A stretch of DNA of 62,957 nt, filler included, from Olpidium bornovanus S191 (lineage: Eukaryota; Fungi; Olpidiomycota), in assembly GCA_017911155.1 (NCBI GenBank). It is 30 parts of 30 records of this genome, joined end to end, with 100 filler letters (N's around TTAATTAATTAA, not from the genome) between each part and the next. Parts side by side here need not be neighbours in the genome. Positions count along the whole stretch, not along the records: positions 37,709 to 38,940 come from JAEFCI010000808.1; positions 39,041 to 40,173 come from JAEFCI010011344.1; positions 40,274 to 41,609 come from JAEFCI010007217.1; positions 41,710 to 45,394 come from JAEFCI010003010.1; positions 45,495 to 47,266 come from JAEFCI010009033.1; positions 47,367 to 49,630 come from JAEFCI010008484.1; positions 49,731 to 52,728 come from JAEFCI010005850.1; 23 more parts are not named here. One strand, given 5' to 3'. Below the pieces are notes generated by a model. That model was not told the DNA's origin and searched no databases. It saw nothing but the letters and a program-made list of their open reading frames with translations. Made by a program: the position numbers and the translations under genes. Positions 37,899 through 49,830 of this stretch are shown here, in pieces (positions within the stretch are counted from its first letter, which is position 1; every line of letters begins with the position of its first letter).

Positions 37899-40800
37899 CG
37901 TTTCCTCAAATTAGAGTTGAACGTATTTATACTTACTAAGATTTATCCCAATATCGAATATTCGCAAAATGAAGCCCGCCTGTTTTTGTTACGAGGTGGC
38001 GAGCGAATGGTCGGCGGCGGCGGCGCGTAATGAACTCACCGCGCGGGCACGTATCATTGACGCAGATCTTGGAAAGAGGGTGGGGGGGAGGGGGGTATAA
38101 TTGCCGTAATGCCAGAGGATGGATTGCCAGCCGAGGCCTCTTTCCGTTCCCCCCCCCCCCTCTTCCAGAGGGCTGCGCTGTGACCTGACACGCGGCGGAC
38201 GCTACTGCGCTCACCAGAGCTGGCTGTAGTTCTAGACAGGCTGATCCCGCCTGAACTTGGGAATCGCGCAACCCTTGGGAATCGTGCGACCGGCTCCGCC
38301 AATCGTTCGCCTTATCCACCACGCAACTTCACGAGATCACCAGGAATTTGGTAGCTATGATCACCAAATGAGCAGGCGCATCCACCCATCCGGATCTGTG
38401 CTTATGATGCATCCCCGGTTTACCGACTGGACGCGTCAAGTCGGAATTTATTACGTATTGGACCTCGAGGACTCACAGCTTCTGCACATCAAACGCCGAA
38501 CTGAAAGGCGACCACTGGGTTTTCTGGAAGGTCATCTGGTTGTTATGCTGGCCGCAATGTGTAATAACTGGCGGAATTTTTATTGAACTTCATCGCGGAA
38601 TCTGGTGAGGCCCCGCTCCGCGGGCCACCGAAACTCCCGTGATGAGCCATTTCTGCAACCTCCGAAAGGGATAAATCCCCCAAAGAAGCCATATATAAAA
38701 TGTCCGACGCCATTGTAGGCGTATGTGTTAGCTAGACAGCTAAACACTCTACTAACGCACGGCCGGCCCGAAGGGCCGAAGGCGGCCTCTAAGCTTATAC
38801 TGGTTCCCTCATTGTGGTGCATGGCCAGCATAAAAAGGCGGTGGGGGTCTCCCTGGAGCTCCGCTCCGCCGTGTGGCCGCCGTCCGTCCTTATGGGAGAG
38901 AACTATGCTCTCGGAGGTCCTGCAGACTCGTGTGGAGCTCNNNNNNNNNNNNNNNNNNNNNNNNNNNNNNNNNNNNNNNNNNNNTTAATTAATTAANNNN
39001 NNNNNNNNNNNNNNNNNNNNNNNNNNNNNNNNNNNNNNNNCATGCGAGCGTGCACGGGGAAAGACGCTCCCAACTTCACTTCTTCCCTCCGGTCACAGCA
39101 AATTAGGATCCACTGGTCAGAGCACACTACGCGGGTAGGGCGGGGCAAGGACTCTGCCAACACCAAGACAAGAAATAATTCCTTTTCCGAAAAATTGCAA
39201 TCCAGATAAATAATTATTCTAATAGATATTTCGCAGCCTAGATTTGTTTAAACAATCCTCGGCTGCTTTCTTGCGAGAGGTGGGGGAGGGGAAGTCACGC
39301 CAACAGGCTCTGCTGGCACACATACAGCGGAAAATACAAGGGAGAGTTACCCACGCACGCAGGGTTAGGGCTAGGGTGTATCCGGGCGGACGCGCTGCGC
39401 GTTTTTCGCGCGCTTTTCGGCCGACCTGCGATTGTCGCCGCGCCCGTTGGATGGGCTTGCGGTCGCGTATTTCCGCCGCGGGGCGGACTCAGCTCGCCGT
39501 CTCGGAGGGTTGTGCGGCGTCGCCCTGGAAGAAAGACCTCGCATTAGAGGACGGGCGAAAACCTCCCGACGGCCCGGCGCCAAAGATACGGCTCAGCTTC
39601 GTCGAACAAAAAAAAAACAAAATCGGCTCGCCGGCGCACAACCGTCGGAGTCGTCCTCTTCGTGCGCGGGGCAGCGGCGCGGGCGGGCTTCGGGCGTTGG
39701 TTTCCCGCGACCGCTTACCTCTTGGCAGTCAAGCAGAGCAGCCGGTGCCTGCGTCGCACTTTTGCGCGGCGGTATCGCCAATCTTTCTTTCCCCTTTTTG
39801 CGGGAGGGCCCGCTTGCGTCCCCAGCGCGTCGCCCCGGCGTTGCGGACAGGGACCGGGGGACCGGACGGGCGAGATTCGCCCGGCTTGCTCTTAGGGAAG
39901 GGTGTTGTCGCGCCGACCGCGAGCTCCGGGTTCCCCTCGCGAGGCGCCGAAGAGAACGGGCTAACCCGCCGGAGGGTGTGTCAGCCCAGCGGCGGGAGCG
40001 CGGGGGCCATCCGCGCGCGCGGGGGGGAGATCGGGGGCGCGGGGCGAGAGGAGAGGAAGACGGGGGAGCGAGGGCGGGGGGCGAGAGGTGGAGAGAAGCG
40101 CCCCAGGGGGGTAAAGGGCGGAAAGGGGAAAGAAAAGGGGAAGAAAATGCAGCGGCGGAGGGGGGCCGGGCGGNNNNNNNNNNNNNNNNNNNNNNNNNNN
40201 NNNNNNNNNNNNNNNNNTTAATTAATTAANNNNNNNNNNNNNNNNNNNNNNNNNNNNNNNNNNNNNNNNNNNNCATGATCCGAAATCTCGTCATTATTCA
40301 TCTCCTGTGGTTTTCGAGAAGGCTTTTCCGGGTGGCCGTTGTCGGGAAAACTATCGAAGGTCCTCGGGCATATCGATAAGAGGTCGACATTCGACAAGCC
40401 GGGACGCATTGAAAGGAAAAGAAGGAACGAGTGAACCCCGGAATCCCCAACAACCGGTAAAACGCGCGTCGGCCGCGTGCCGGCGGCCGGAGGGGCTTCA
40501 TTATGACTTTTCGCCCCGGTCAAGCGCTGTCTATCAATGGGCCGCTGCTTGACGACTTTGACGCTACATCACTTCGTCGCTTCGGTGCCAAAGCCGTCAA
40601 GTGTGGAAGGGGGGGGGGGGGTTGGACATTTGGATAGAATCGTAAAGGAGGCTGAGCAAAAGGGGCACTGCGCACACTCCGCCCCTGAACGTAGCCGTAG
40701 ATTCCTTACATAAAGAAAAGTAAACAGAAGGCAAAAATACAGTTCCCGCAGAGCTCTTTCGAACCCCGAAAACTTCCGCATTCTTCAGAGGGGGAGGTTG

Positions 40801-41854
40801 AGCGGGGATTTTTTTTCTAAAAAATAGAGCGTTATAGTTGGAACGCTTTGCCCAACCCCGCCGCCCCCATTCCCCATCTCTCTTTTTCTTTTGCAGCAAA
40901 TAACAACTCGCCCTGCGGTCGGAACCACGAGAAATGATGTGTTCCGCGGAAACAATGGCCCCCTCCCGAATAAACTCTGCCGTTTCGACGTATACAGTCC
41001 CCATCCGTTGGGACCCTCGTCCGTCCCGTATTTCGTTCCGCTTTCACTCCGCACACGGGCGGGCGCCGTCGACGGTTGAGCCTTCATCGACGTCTTTTCG
41101 CACCCCGGCCCTCGCTTTCATTCCCAACCTTCCCCGTCGTTTCGTGCCCGGCGTTTGCGTCGTCGAACGATGCGTAAATCGACCACCGCTCGCTTATCGA
41201 CCTGGATCCGTCGGTTGACGACGTCGTCTGGCATAAGCGGGGTTTCGTCGATTTTTCGTCCGTCCCTTCGATGCGGGTTCTGCGCCTCCGGCTTCAGCCG
41301 ACACGTTCCGCTCCCGTTCCGCGGGTCTGAACGGCCCTGATACGGGCAATCTGCCAACCGAGAGTAAGTCCCGCTGCGGGAGGATCGGAGGCCCCGAGGA
41401 CTCCGAAGCCGAGCTTTCAATAATGCCATATCAAGCGCATCTGACTCTCGGTCTTTAACCGAAACTTGCAGTTTATTCGGCCGTTGTGCATGTATAGACC
41501 GCTAGTGTGGAGAGGGACCTGGGCAGCTCTAGCTGCGCGGCAAATTCGGGAATACAGCCAATCTAGAGTGTCTTCGAGCTTCCACTTGGTAGAATCAGAA
41601 CTTTCTTAANNNNNNNNNNNNNNNNNNNNNNNNNNNNNNNNNNNNNNNNNNNNTTAATTAATTAANNNNNNNNNNNNNNNNNNNNNNNNNNNNNNNNNNN
41701 NNNNNNNNNCATGTACTCGCCGAAGGTTTTGCGGTAGATTGAGCTTGGCGAATTCCGTCCCGGGAGGTGTTAAGCCGTTTTATTCCCCGTGAGGGGTTTA
41801 CGTGGTACCGGAGTGGAAGTGGGCGGCCCGAAGAGTGTACTGCGCTACCTAGCC

Positions 41855-42560
41855 CTAGCGTTTTTCTTCAGAAGGCGGGGAGGCCGGCATCCAGCGTTTT
41901 TCCTCAGAAAGCTTCATCGCCTTCACCAGGAGTTCCGGCACCGGGAGCAAATCGTCATCAAGGACCTGGCAGCAAACGGGCAAGACGGTTTGTTTGGACT
42001 AGCGTGTTCCCGAAGTTTGTCAAAGCGCTCCTCGTGAATCACTTGGCCGCAGCTGCAGACGAGCCGGCTGCGTCCGGGGAAATGTAAGGTGGTGGGTGGA
42101 GAAGGAAAGAACAACTGACGGAAGGAGGTTTGGTCAAAATCGCGGAAAAATTCCTCGGAAATGGGACGCTTTGCCCTTGGCGAACGGTGCTGACGAGGGG
42201 AGGAGGGGGGGGGGATGGGAGAAGGAACAAAAGACGGCCGCCGCCTGTCACTTTACACGTGTTGTGGTGCATGCAGCCGTAGCAAATCGGGCACTCGACG
42301 ACTTCGCGGAATATTGCTGTGGCGTCCGGTGCACCGCTAGCGGCATCCAGTATCCTCCGTTCGGAAACGGCGACGACGGGGGGCGCGTACTAGGCCAACT
42401 CGGTCACCTATCTGCAGTCGAGGGGGACGGGCAGCGGCTTCATAGAACTCCTGGCTGATCAGGGCCACGGGTATCGGCGCGCAGTAGTCGCCGTTCAGCG
42501 CGGCAAGGGCGGCGCTGCGGCCGGGGAGGACGACGACGACGGCCGGCGGCGGCGGTGGCT
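41855..42560 (-). pseudogene. Decayed RING-H2 gene
   Basis: VECPICYGCMHHNT-(intron)-RLVCSCGQVIHEERF...SCPF. The ligand H4 reads Q and C6 reads R, and there are frameshifts before the last Cys and in an upstream C-run. Confidence 0.55.
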
Positions 42561-42744
42561 GCGAGCGCGCCGCCGAGGCGGGCGGCGCGGGGGGTTATGC
42601 GCGTGTCGCGGCGCGCGTGGGCGTGGCCGTGGTGATGTCCGGCGGACAGCAGACGCAGCCAAGGGTCGACCCGGGGTCGGCTCGAAGTTCAACGCCTCCA
42701 GGGCAAAATCATACGAGGAATGAAAAAAGGTATTTTTCAAAAAA

Positions 42745-42817
42745 CGGTCCATCCCAGATTCGAACTGAGGTTAACGGAATCAGAATCCGCTGTGATAACC
42801 AACTACACTAATGGACT
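42745..42817 (-). tRNA. tRNA-Gln, anticodon CUG, intronless
   Basis: AGTCCAT-TA-GTGT..CAC-A-GCGGA-TTCTGAT-TCCGT-TAAC-CTCAG-TTCGAAT-CTGGG-ATGGACC-G folds as a cloverleaf and is followed by a TTTTTT Pol III terminator. Confidence 0.95.
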
Positions 42818-43756
42818 GAAAAACTACGATGAGAAAAACGTCGTTTTTGCTTAATATAAATTTCAAGCAACCGATTTCGGTACTACGGGATTAACACCTG
42901 TTTCTTAGGGTGCAGGATTGCAAAAAGCAACCCTTTAAGCTTACGGAACCGTGACGAGAGCCTGCCTCAATAACCACAGGAACATCCTGCAAGCGATCTG
43001 TTGGTTGTGTGCACCACGGGATTGCTGTACACAGATTGCAAATGGTACAGTAGACAGTGTTGTGGTTCGGGCGGAGAGTCGTTGGTGTTTATCATAGAGG
43101 TCGGTGGGGGTTTTACCTGCTTCAAGGGTCACGTGCCCACGTGGCATCAGAGGGGGAGGCGGCATCGAAGGGGAGCCACGTGGCATCGAAGAGAGGGCGT
43201 GCGGTGTCGATATGGAAAGGGGTCGAGATCGATAAAAGGCGATCCACTACAACAGCCTAGTTGCCCTGTTGTCCAGTTGGAACGCGTTCCCAAGAGCTTG
43301 CACATTCTGACTTGCCTGCTGCCGGTTGTTCTCGGTGTAAAGTCAGTTCTGCTGTGACTCTCACTCACGCTCCCGCAGCTGCATCGCATCCCTCTTGTCG
43401 TTCTAGAAGCATTCCCATTCTTCGGCAGTCGTCTCGGGTTTCCTGGGCCCGTCTCTGACAGGTGTAGCCTCTCTGGCAACCGCCGCGGTCGTCAGCAGTC
43501 GCCGTTCTTCACTAGCGCCGGCTTCTCGGGAGTCGCATCGGTTACTGGCCCAAAAGAAAATGACAGCGAGGACAGCGGCATCATGGACGTGTCTTATCGA
43601 GGCAGAAGAGCTCGATGTTCTCGGCAGTGCAATTTTTAGGTGTTTGATTGGACGTCATATGGAAAAATCTTCTGTCGGAGTGGTCTTATTTTGCGGTCGC
43701 CGCGTGCCCGCCCCCTCCTCCCCGCGCCCGCACACACACGATTTGCGCCTCGGCGG

Positions 43757-45394
43757 ATGGACGCCGCCGCGAGGGCCGACGCACTAGCCGCACGGCTTGT
43801 CCAGCTGCTGACCGAGCTCGGTTACCAGCGCGAGGGGCGCCCCCCGCCTACCGCTGAGCACGTTCGATGGGCGTTCGACGGGAATACCGCCGAGGCGGGT
43901 TTCTTGGAGTGGCTGGTAGAGAACGTGTCGGCGGAGCGGAACGCGCTGTCCAGCGAAGAGGAGGCGCGGTGAGCGAACGTGTTACCCGTAGTCGTCGATA
44001 ATCTTTAAGCCAACGGCTGGCACGCTGACCGTTGACGTTCCCAGACTCAGAAGCATGGAAGCGGACGGGACGATGCCGCCGGTATCGTCAAGCCAGCGCG
44101 CGTCGAAAGGGAACGCCTGATCAGGCTGCTAACGTCCTCTGCCGATGTTTCCGCCGTTGCCTTGGCGGACAGGTCGACGCGTTGAGGGAGAGGTTCGGAC
44201 CTGTAGAAGTGCTGCCGATGCCGTACACGATTAGCGAGATAAAGTATGGTGCTCTCGTGCTTTTGCGAAGACAAAGCTGCCCCTGCTCAGCTGGATACGT
44301 TTCCGACAGGCGGAAGACACAAGAAGCTGAGGCGACGCTACAAAGTCTGGAGAACCAGTCTGCTATGGCTACCAAACGAAAGGAGCGGATGACGTATGTA
44401 CGCTGCGGACGTAGACCGCAAGCTGGGGATGAGGAGACCCCGTGGCATATTTATTAGTTTATAGGATGTTAATCGCAACTCACACTTGGCTGGAAAGTGC
44501 AACTCTAGCGAATCTGAACGCGGAGGTTTGCGCGTGGCAGAAGGTTGACGCGGACTTCAATGTGAAGGCGCGAAACGCCGAGTTTGACTGCTTCCAGCTT
44601 CGCGCCGAGGTACCGAACCGCGGCTTGGTCACCCAATTTTTTGTCAACATGTTTCACGTTTCTAATTCGGTTATTTTTCCTGTATCTCAGCTCGATCGCA
44701 GCGTAGCGGAGTGCGCAGAGATGGCAATTCAGTTGATAGGTGGGTTCGCCGGGAAAACGAATATTCAGCTATCTGACAATCGGCCGAATCCTCCTCTAAC
44801 CTCTTGCAGACTGCGCGCAGAGCGGCGCAGATCGACGGTACCTTCATCAGTGCAAGGAATTACTTTTGGAGTTTGAGAAAGAGGACGTGGGGTTCTTGAG
44901 AGCTGCCGAGGAATATGTCAGGGGTCAGATCAATCCGTCCCGTGGAGAGGCCGAAAGCCGTCTATCACTTGGGGACATCGACCAGCTGCAGTCATCTCTT
45001 GCGGAAGTACAGCAGATGAAGCTGTTGTACGTGGCACCACCAGGATACGTCGGTCGCAGCGGCGAGGGTCTCCTTGCTTGAAGCCCCCTGACGTGTCACG
45101 GTTCTTCCAGATACGTCCAAACGGAGATGGACTATTTGCAGGCGTTAATGGACTTTGTGCGTGAGCGGGCTAACCTTGCGGAGGTCCGACGCCAAATCGC
45201 CGCGGTTGGTTCGCTTAGAACCGACCAGGCCACCCAAGCGGAATTGGACCACCGATCGGCTGATACGAAAAGGTTTAATCTGGAGAGCGAAGCGGCGGTT
45301 AAAAGGGTGGGCGACCGTGTTGCGCAGTGCGGGGACTTTGAGGTCGTATACCCTGCGCTTTCGCGGCTGTTCGCGGCGAAGGTCTCTGGCATGG
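43757..45394 (+). CDS. HAUS3: Augmin complex subunit HAUS3-like, multi-exon, 3' truncated
   Basis: LVQLLTELGY...VRWAFDGNTAEAGFLEWLVENVSAERNALSSEE aligns by eye with the HAUS3 N terminus (GY...DWLFEG..ESFLKWFCGNV.EQNVLSE); coiled-coil exons follow. Confidence 0.75.
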
Positions 45395-46064
45395 NNNNNN
45401 NNNNNNNNNNNNNNNNNNNNNNNNNNNNNNNNNNNNNNTTAATTAATTAANNNNNNNNNNNNNNNNNNNNNNNNNNNNNNNNNNNNNNNNNNNNCATGTC
45501 TAGGATAAGATCGTGGGAGGGGGGAAGAGTGGAAGACAGCTGCTGCAAAATTATTTCTCGTCCGCGCTCGGACGCTCGCGGCGTGGCGTTAAACGTCTGT
45601 CTTCGTTGCGCTTGCTCGCAAAAGCGAACGAACGCAGCTTCGTTCTGCGTGGGACGCTCGATAGTCGACGCCTCGGGGGTCCCCCTCAGGCGCGCCCCGC
45701 TTTCTGCTCCGCCCCGTTTGCGGCGTTCTGGTTGCACTGCTGTCGACAACGCCCGTCGGCGAATTTCCGTTGACGACGTCGCCGCGGCGGGAAGTCGGAG
45801 TTGTCTGAGAGCTTGTCGTGTCTGGTGATCGGCACATCCCCGCTTGTGCGCCCCGCGCGCTGTCACGCGCCACGGGCGCAGGTCGCCGAGATCGGGGGTT
45901 AAGACCTTAAAGGTCACGTGACTGCGCAGCGGAAAACGCCTCCGGCCCCGGCCCCGGCCGCGCTCTTCCGTCCCGAGAACCCGGAACCCTGACACTTAAA
46001 CCCGCGGAGGGCGCACGGCCCGCACCCCTCCCCGGAACCCGCCCCCTTTCCCACCCCGGCGGCG

Positions 46065-47266
46065 ATGCGTCCGGAACACAGGGCGCCGCCCGAGCACGTT
46101 TACAATGAGAAGGAGGCCCACAAGTACACCGAGAAGTGCGTGCGCGCGCGCAGGGGCGCCTCTGGGTGTCGTCCCGCGCTGCGCTTCCGCCGGGGCGCGC
46201 GACACTCCCCTTCCCGCCTTTCCCCCCCTTGCCCGGCCTTTTTGGTCCGCTGCTGCCGGCCACGCCTACCTGCCTAACCTCACACTCCCTCCTCTGCTGA
46301 TGCTTCTCGCTCCGCTTCTCTCCCCCCTCTTCCTCTCACCCGCTCTGCTGCTTACGGCCCTTTTCCCCTATCCACCTCGTGGCCGTCTTTCTTCGTTTTT
46401 TTTTTTTTTTTTTTTTATCCGGGCGCTTTCCGCAGCTCGCGCATAGCGCAGGTCCAGGCCGAAATGACGGGGCGGGCGTTGGAGCTCCTCAACCTGCCGG
46501 CGGGGAAGTCTTGCTTTTTGCTTGACGTGGGCTGCGGCAGCGGACTCTCGGGCGAGGTTTTGGAGCAGGAAGGGCACGTGTGGGTCGGGATGGATATCGC
46601 GCCCGCCATGCTCGGTGAGTGCGTGGGCGCGTGCTGCGAGTGAGTGTGTGCCAAGCGGAAGACGTTTTGGTTTTGGCGCGCGTCACGTCTCGTCGCCCTC
46701 TCCATTCCTCGGTTTTCGCGGACCACGGAGGCCCTGACCTTTGGTCCTTTCTCTCTTTATCGCGTGCGGACCAGCCATAGCCACTGACCGAGATGTGGAA
46801 GGCGACCTGTTCCTGCAGGACGTCGGCCAGGGCATGGGGTTCCGTCCGGGTGCTTTTGACGGGTGCATCAGGTGGCTTTCGTTTTTCCTGTGCGCTTCCC
46901 TCGACCGAATTCGAATATCTGCCGTCGTCGGCTGAATGCTCTCCGCCGGATCCGTGCCCCCTTTCCTCCCCCCCCCCGACCCGTAGCATCTCCGTCCTCC
47001 AGTGGCTCTGCAACGCCGACGCCAGCTCTCACAACCCCAAGTCGCGCCTGGCCCGGTTTTTCTCGACCCTCTACTCCTCGATCGCTCGCGGCGCGCGGGC
47101 CGTCTTCCAGTTTTATCCGGAGAACGACGCCCAGCTGGACCTAATCATGACGGCCGCCACGAAGTCCGGCTTCCAGGGCGGCCTGGTCGTGGACTACCCG
47201 AACTCTCGGCGCGCGAAGAAGTATTTCCTCTGCTTAATCGCCGGTTGGACCGGTAACGAGCGGCCG
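46065..47266 (+). CDS. BUD23: 18S rRNA G1575 N7-methyltransferase, multi-exon, 3' truncated
   Basis: [92 protein letters not shown]. Confidence 0.97.
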
Positions 47267-47366
47267 NNNNNNNNNNNNNNNNNNNNNNNNNNNNNNNNNN
47301 NNNNNNNNNNTTAATTAATTAANNNNNNNNNNNNNNNNNNNNNNNNNNNNNNNNNNNNNNNNNNNN

Positions 47367-48330
47367 ACTCATCGGTAAGGAGATTGATCTGCAGCGTGTG
47401 ATGTCTGCGGACAACTGCGCTGATCTCTTCACCAAGGCACTTCCCGTGCCGGTTCATGAGCGGATGTGCAAAATGATTGGTCTTAAACGACTCTCATGCC
47501 TTCTGCGGGAGGAAGAGATGGAGATCTAGATGGCTTGCCTCATGCATGAGGAAGCGGCCCTCTCAGGAGGAGCCTAAAGATGTGCATTTTTTCTGAGTGC
47601 TACCCTGACATCAGCTGTACGCTAGATGCGTCGCCTGCAGGCGCTCTGGCTTTGGGTTTTTCCCTGATGTGTCAGTTTTTTTTTACCATTGCCTTGTATG
47701 GAGCAAGAACTCTCCTTCCCAGCACACAAGGGTGCTGAGCGCCAAAAGGAAGATTCCCCGTAAAGGGAGGAACCACGGCCGCTCCCCTTGAGTGAGGAGG
47801 AGTGTTGTGAACCAAAAGAGTACGCTCTACGGTCACGTGATCAAAGATGCCAAGACCGGGAGGGGAGCTCCCCCTCCCGCCGTCAAACGCAAACAACGGA
47901 AGGGAAAAGGAGAGAGAAACGAAGACGGAAGAGAGAAAGCCCCTTTTTCCGCAACAGGCGCGTATCTCATTAGCGTCCGCAGCCTGGCCGGAGGAAGGGC
48001 TTGACGGCAGGAGAAATGGTTTGACGGCCCAGCCGTGACCCGTCTAAACGCAGTCACTGTCGACGACAGCTAGCCACACTGCGGGACAGCTCGGTGACGT
48101 CACGTGAGCTGCGCAGCGGGCTCACTTGGTGGGGCAGCTTGCGTGGACGCAGTCACGGAGGGATGACGTTACAGCAGGCACACTTCGGTGCGGCAGCTTT
48201 ATGGAGCCAGTCTTGGCGCTGCCATAACGTCACGTGACGAGCGCAGCGGACACGCACTGGTTGGGGCCGCTTATATATTGGCGAATCACGACGTCACGTA
48301 ACTTCGCATTTGTGATGTCGAACTCCCTCG
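47367..48330 (+). mobile_element. 3' end of a Ty1/copia element: RNase H end, 3' UTR, PPT and start of 3' LTR (LTR end uncertain)
   Basis: GKEIDLQRVMSADNCADLFTKALP...MIGLKRL* (stop 47527-47529); purine tract GAGTGAGGAGGAG at 47790-47802 is immediately followed by TGTTG at 47803; TATATA at 48272. Confidence 0.8.
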
Positions 48331-48456
48331 CGTGTTGTGCCCCCGGGTTCTCTCGCGGCGGGCTCAGCTGGGCACGGCCCCTCCTCCCCCCCTTCCCCCC
48401 CCCCCCCCGGCCAAACCTCAAAATCGGCAAATTTTCGGCTTCGTGTTCTGACCCCA

Positions 48457-49630
48457 CTAATCGCTCCTGACCTTCTCATTAATAAATTTAAACAGTTTCC
48501 GCCCGGGCTCCTCCCCGATGAGAGCCTGGATTTCCGCGAGCGGCATCCGCGCAAGCTCGGCGATGCTCTCCACCTTGTTCATGACTAGACGGTAGTTCCG
48601 CGACGTGATTCCCGGGAGATTGCGCAGCATCTCCTGTGAAAACGGGGGCGGGGTGGGCGGGTATTGCGGTTTGTCAAGCCGAGGAGTTGCCGGTATGTGC
48701 CAAGAATTGGCAATCGCAGGCACGCCGGGAAAATGGAGATCGTGTGCGCCGTGGGGGAACAGGTCACCTGTGAAGTGATGTTGTACACGCTTTCCACGTC
48801 TTCGAGGTTATCCACTCCGACGGCCATCGCGGCCTCCACGTCCGGCTCGTCGTGCGACTTCTATTGGGGGTCGGTGGAGCAAAAAATGGCAGCAAAAGTT
48901 CTTCTACTGAACTCTTTTCGGGTCGAAACAAGAACAAGGAAAAAAAAAAAAAAAAAAACAAAAACTAGACAAAAAACCAAAACCCTGAACTCTTTTCGGG
49001 TTGAAAAAAGAACAAGGAAAAAAAGAAAAAAAAAGACAAAAACTAGACAAAAAACCAAAACCAAAGAAGTTACTACCTTTAGCATCTCGAACATTGACGC
49101 AGTCTCGTACGGGCTTGATGACCAGATGATGCGCAGGTGCGGGAACGCTATGGAGAGCAGCACAAGCTTCGAAGAGACGTCGCTGAGAGTTATGTCTTCC
49201 TTTTGGTCTCCCAGAGACTAGGCCGGCAGTGGGTTTGAAGGTGGAACGTCAGGCAAAGGGTAAACCAAGTCGCCAAAATCCAAACCACTCGCTCGTTCGA
49301 TCGCCGATTCCTGGACCGCTACAAGCCACCCCACAGGCCGCCACGGATAATGGTGTGGGGAAACATCTTATCCCACTCACCTGAAGCGAGAACGACTTCC
49401 CTTGGTCGAACTCGATCAGGAGCACGGGAATCTTGTAGTGCAGGCACAGATTCTCCGCCTGTCCGAACAGCCTTCCGTTGTTCAGACTCCCAATCAGGTC
49501 CGACACCGATTTGCGCTCGACGCAGACCGAAGGAGCGAGAACGTAGTCGCCAACCTCGAGCGTGCACGGCACGACGCTCAAGCCGCGGGCGTGAATGAGC
49601 GAAGGCAGCGACGACCGAAACTCCCGCATG
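48457..49630 (-). CDS. RAD1: DNA repair endonuclease XPF/ERCC4, nuclease and HhH2 domains, 5' truncated
   Basis: [17 protein letters not shown]...[59 protein letters not shown]. Confidence 0.97.
48910..49062. repeat. A-rich about 74-bp tandem duplication inside a RAD1 intron
   Basis: TGAACTCTTTTCGGG...AAAACTAGACAAAAAACCAAAACC occurs twice. Confidence 0.88.
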
Positions 49631-49758
49631 NNNNNNNNNNNNNNNNNNNNNNNNNNNNNNNNNNNNNNNNNNNNTTAATTAATTAANNNNNNNNNNNNNN
49701 NNNNNNNNNNNNNNNNNNNNNNNNNNNNNNAATGAGCGCGGGGGGGGGGGGGGGGGGG

Positions 49759-49793
<35 letters not shown>

Positions 49794-49830
49794 GAGGAGG
49801 GGGAGCTCCGCTCACGCCGTCGCGCGACAG

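Noticed and set aside
38580-38831. GFFGGFIPFGG as a viral fusion peptide
   Set aside because: Short non-ATG ORF with no other viral glycoprotein features.
39361-39377. Telomere-like AGGGTTAGGGCTAGGG (also CCCTAACCC at 15258)
   Set aside because: Only one to two units, internal; expected by chance in G-rich DNA.
39244-40221. Long Gly/Arg/Ala-rich ORFs (325 and 265 aa) and similar ORFs running into N blocks
   Set aside because: GC-driven open frames that extend into linkers, several starting at non-ATG codons, with no domain signal.
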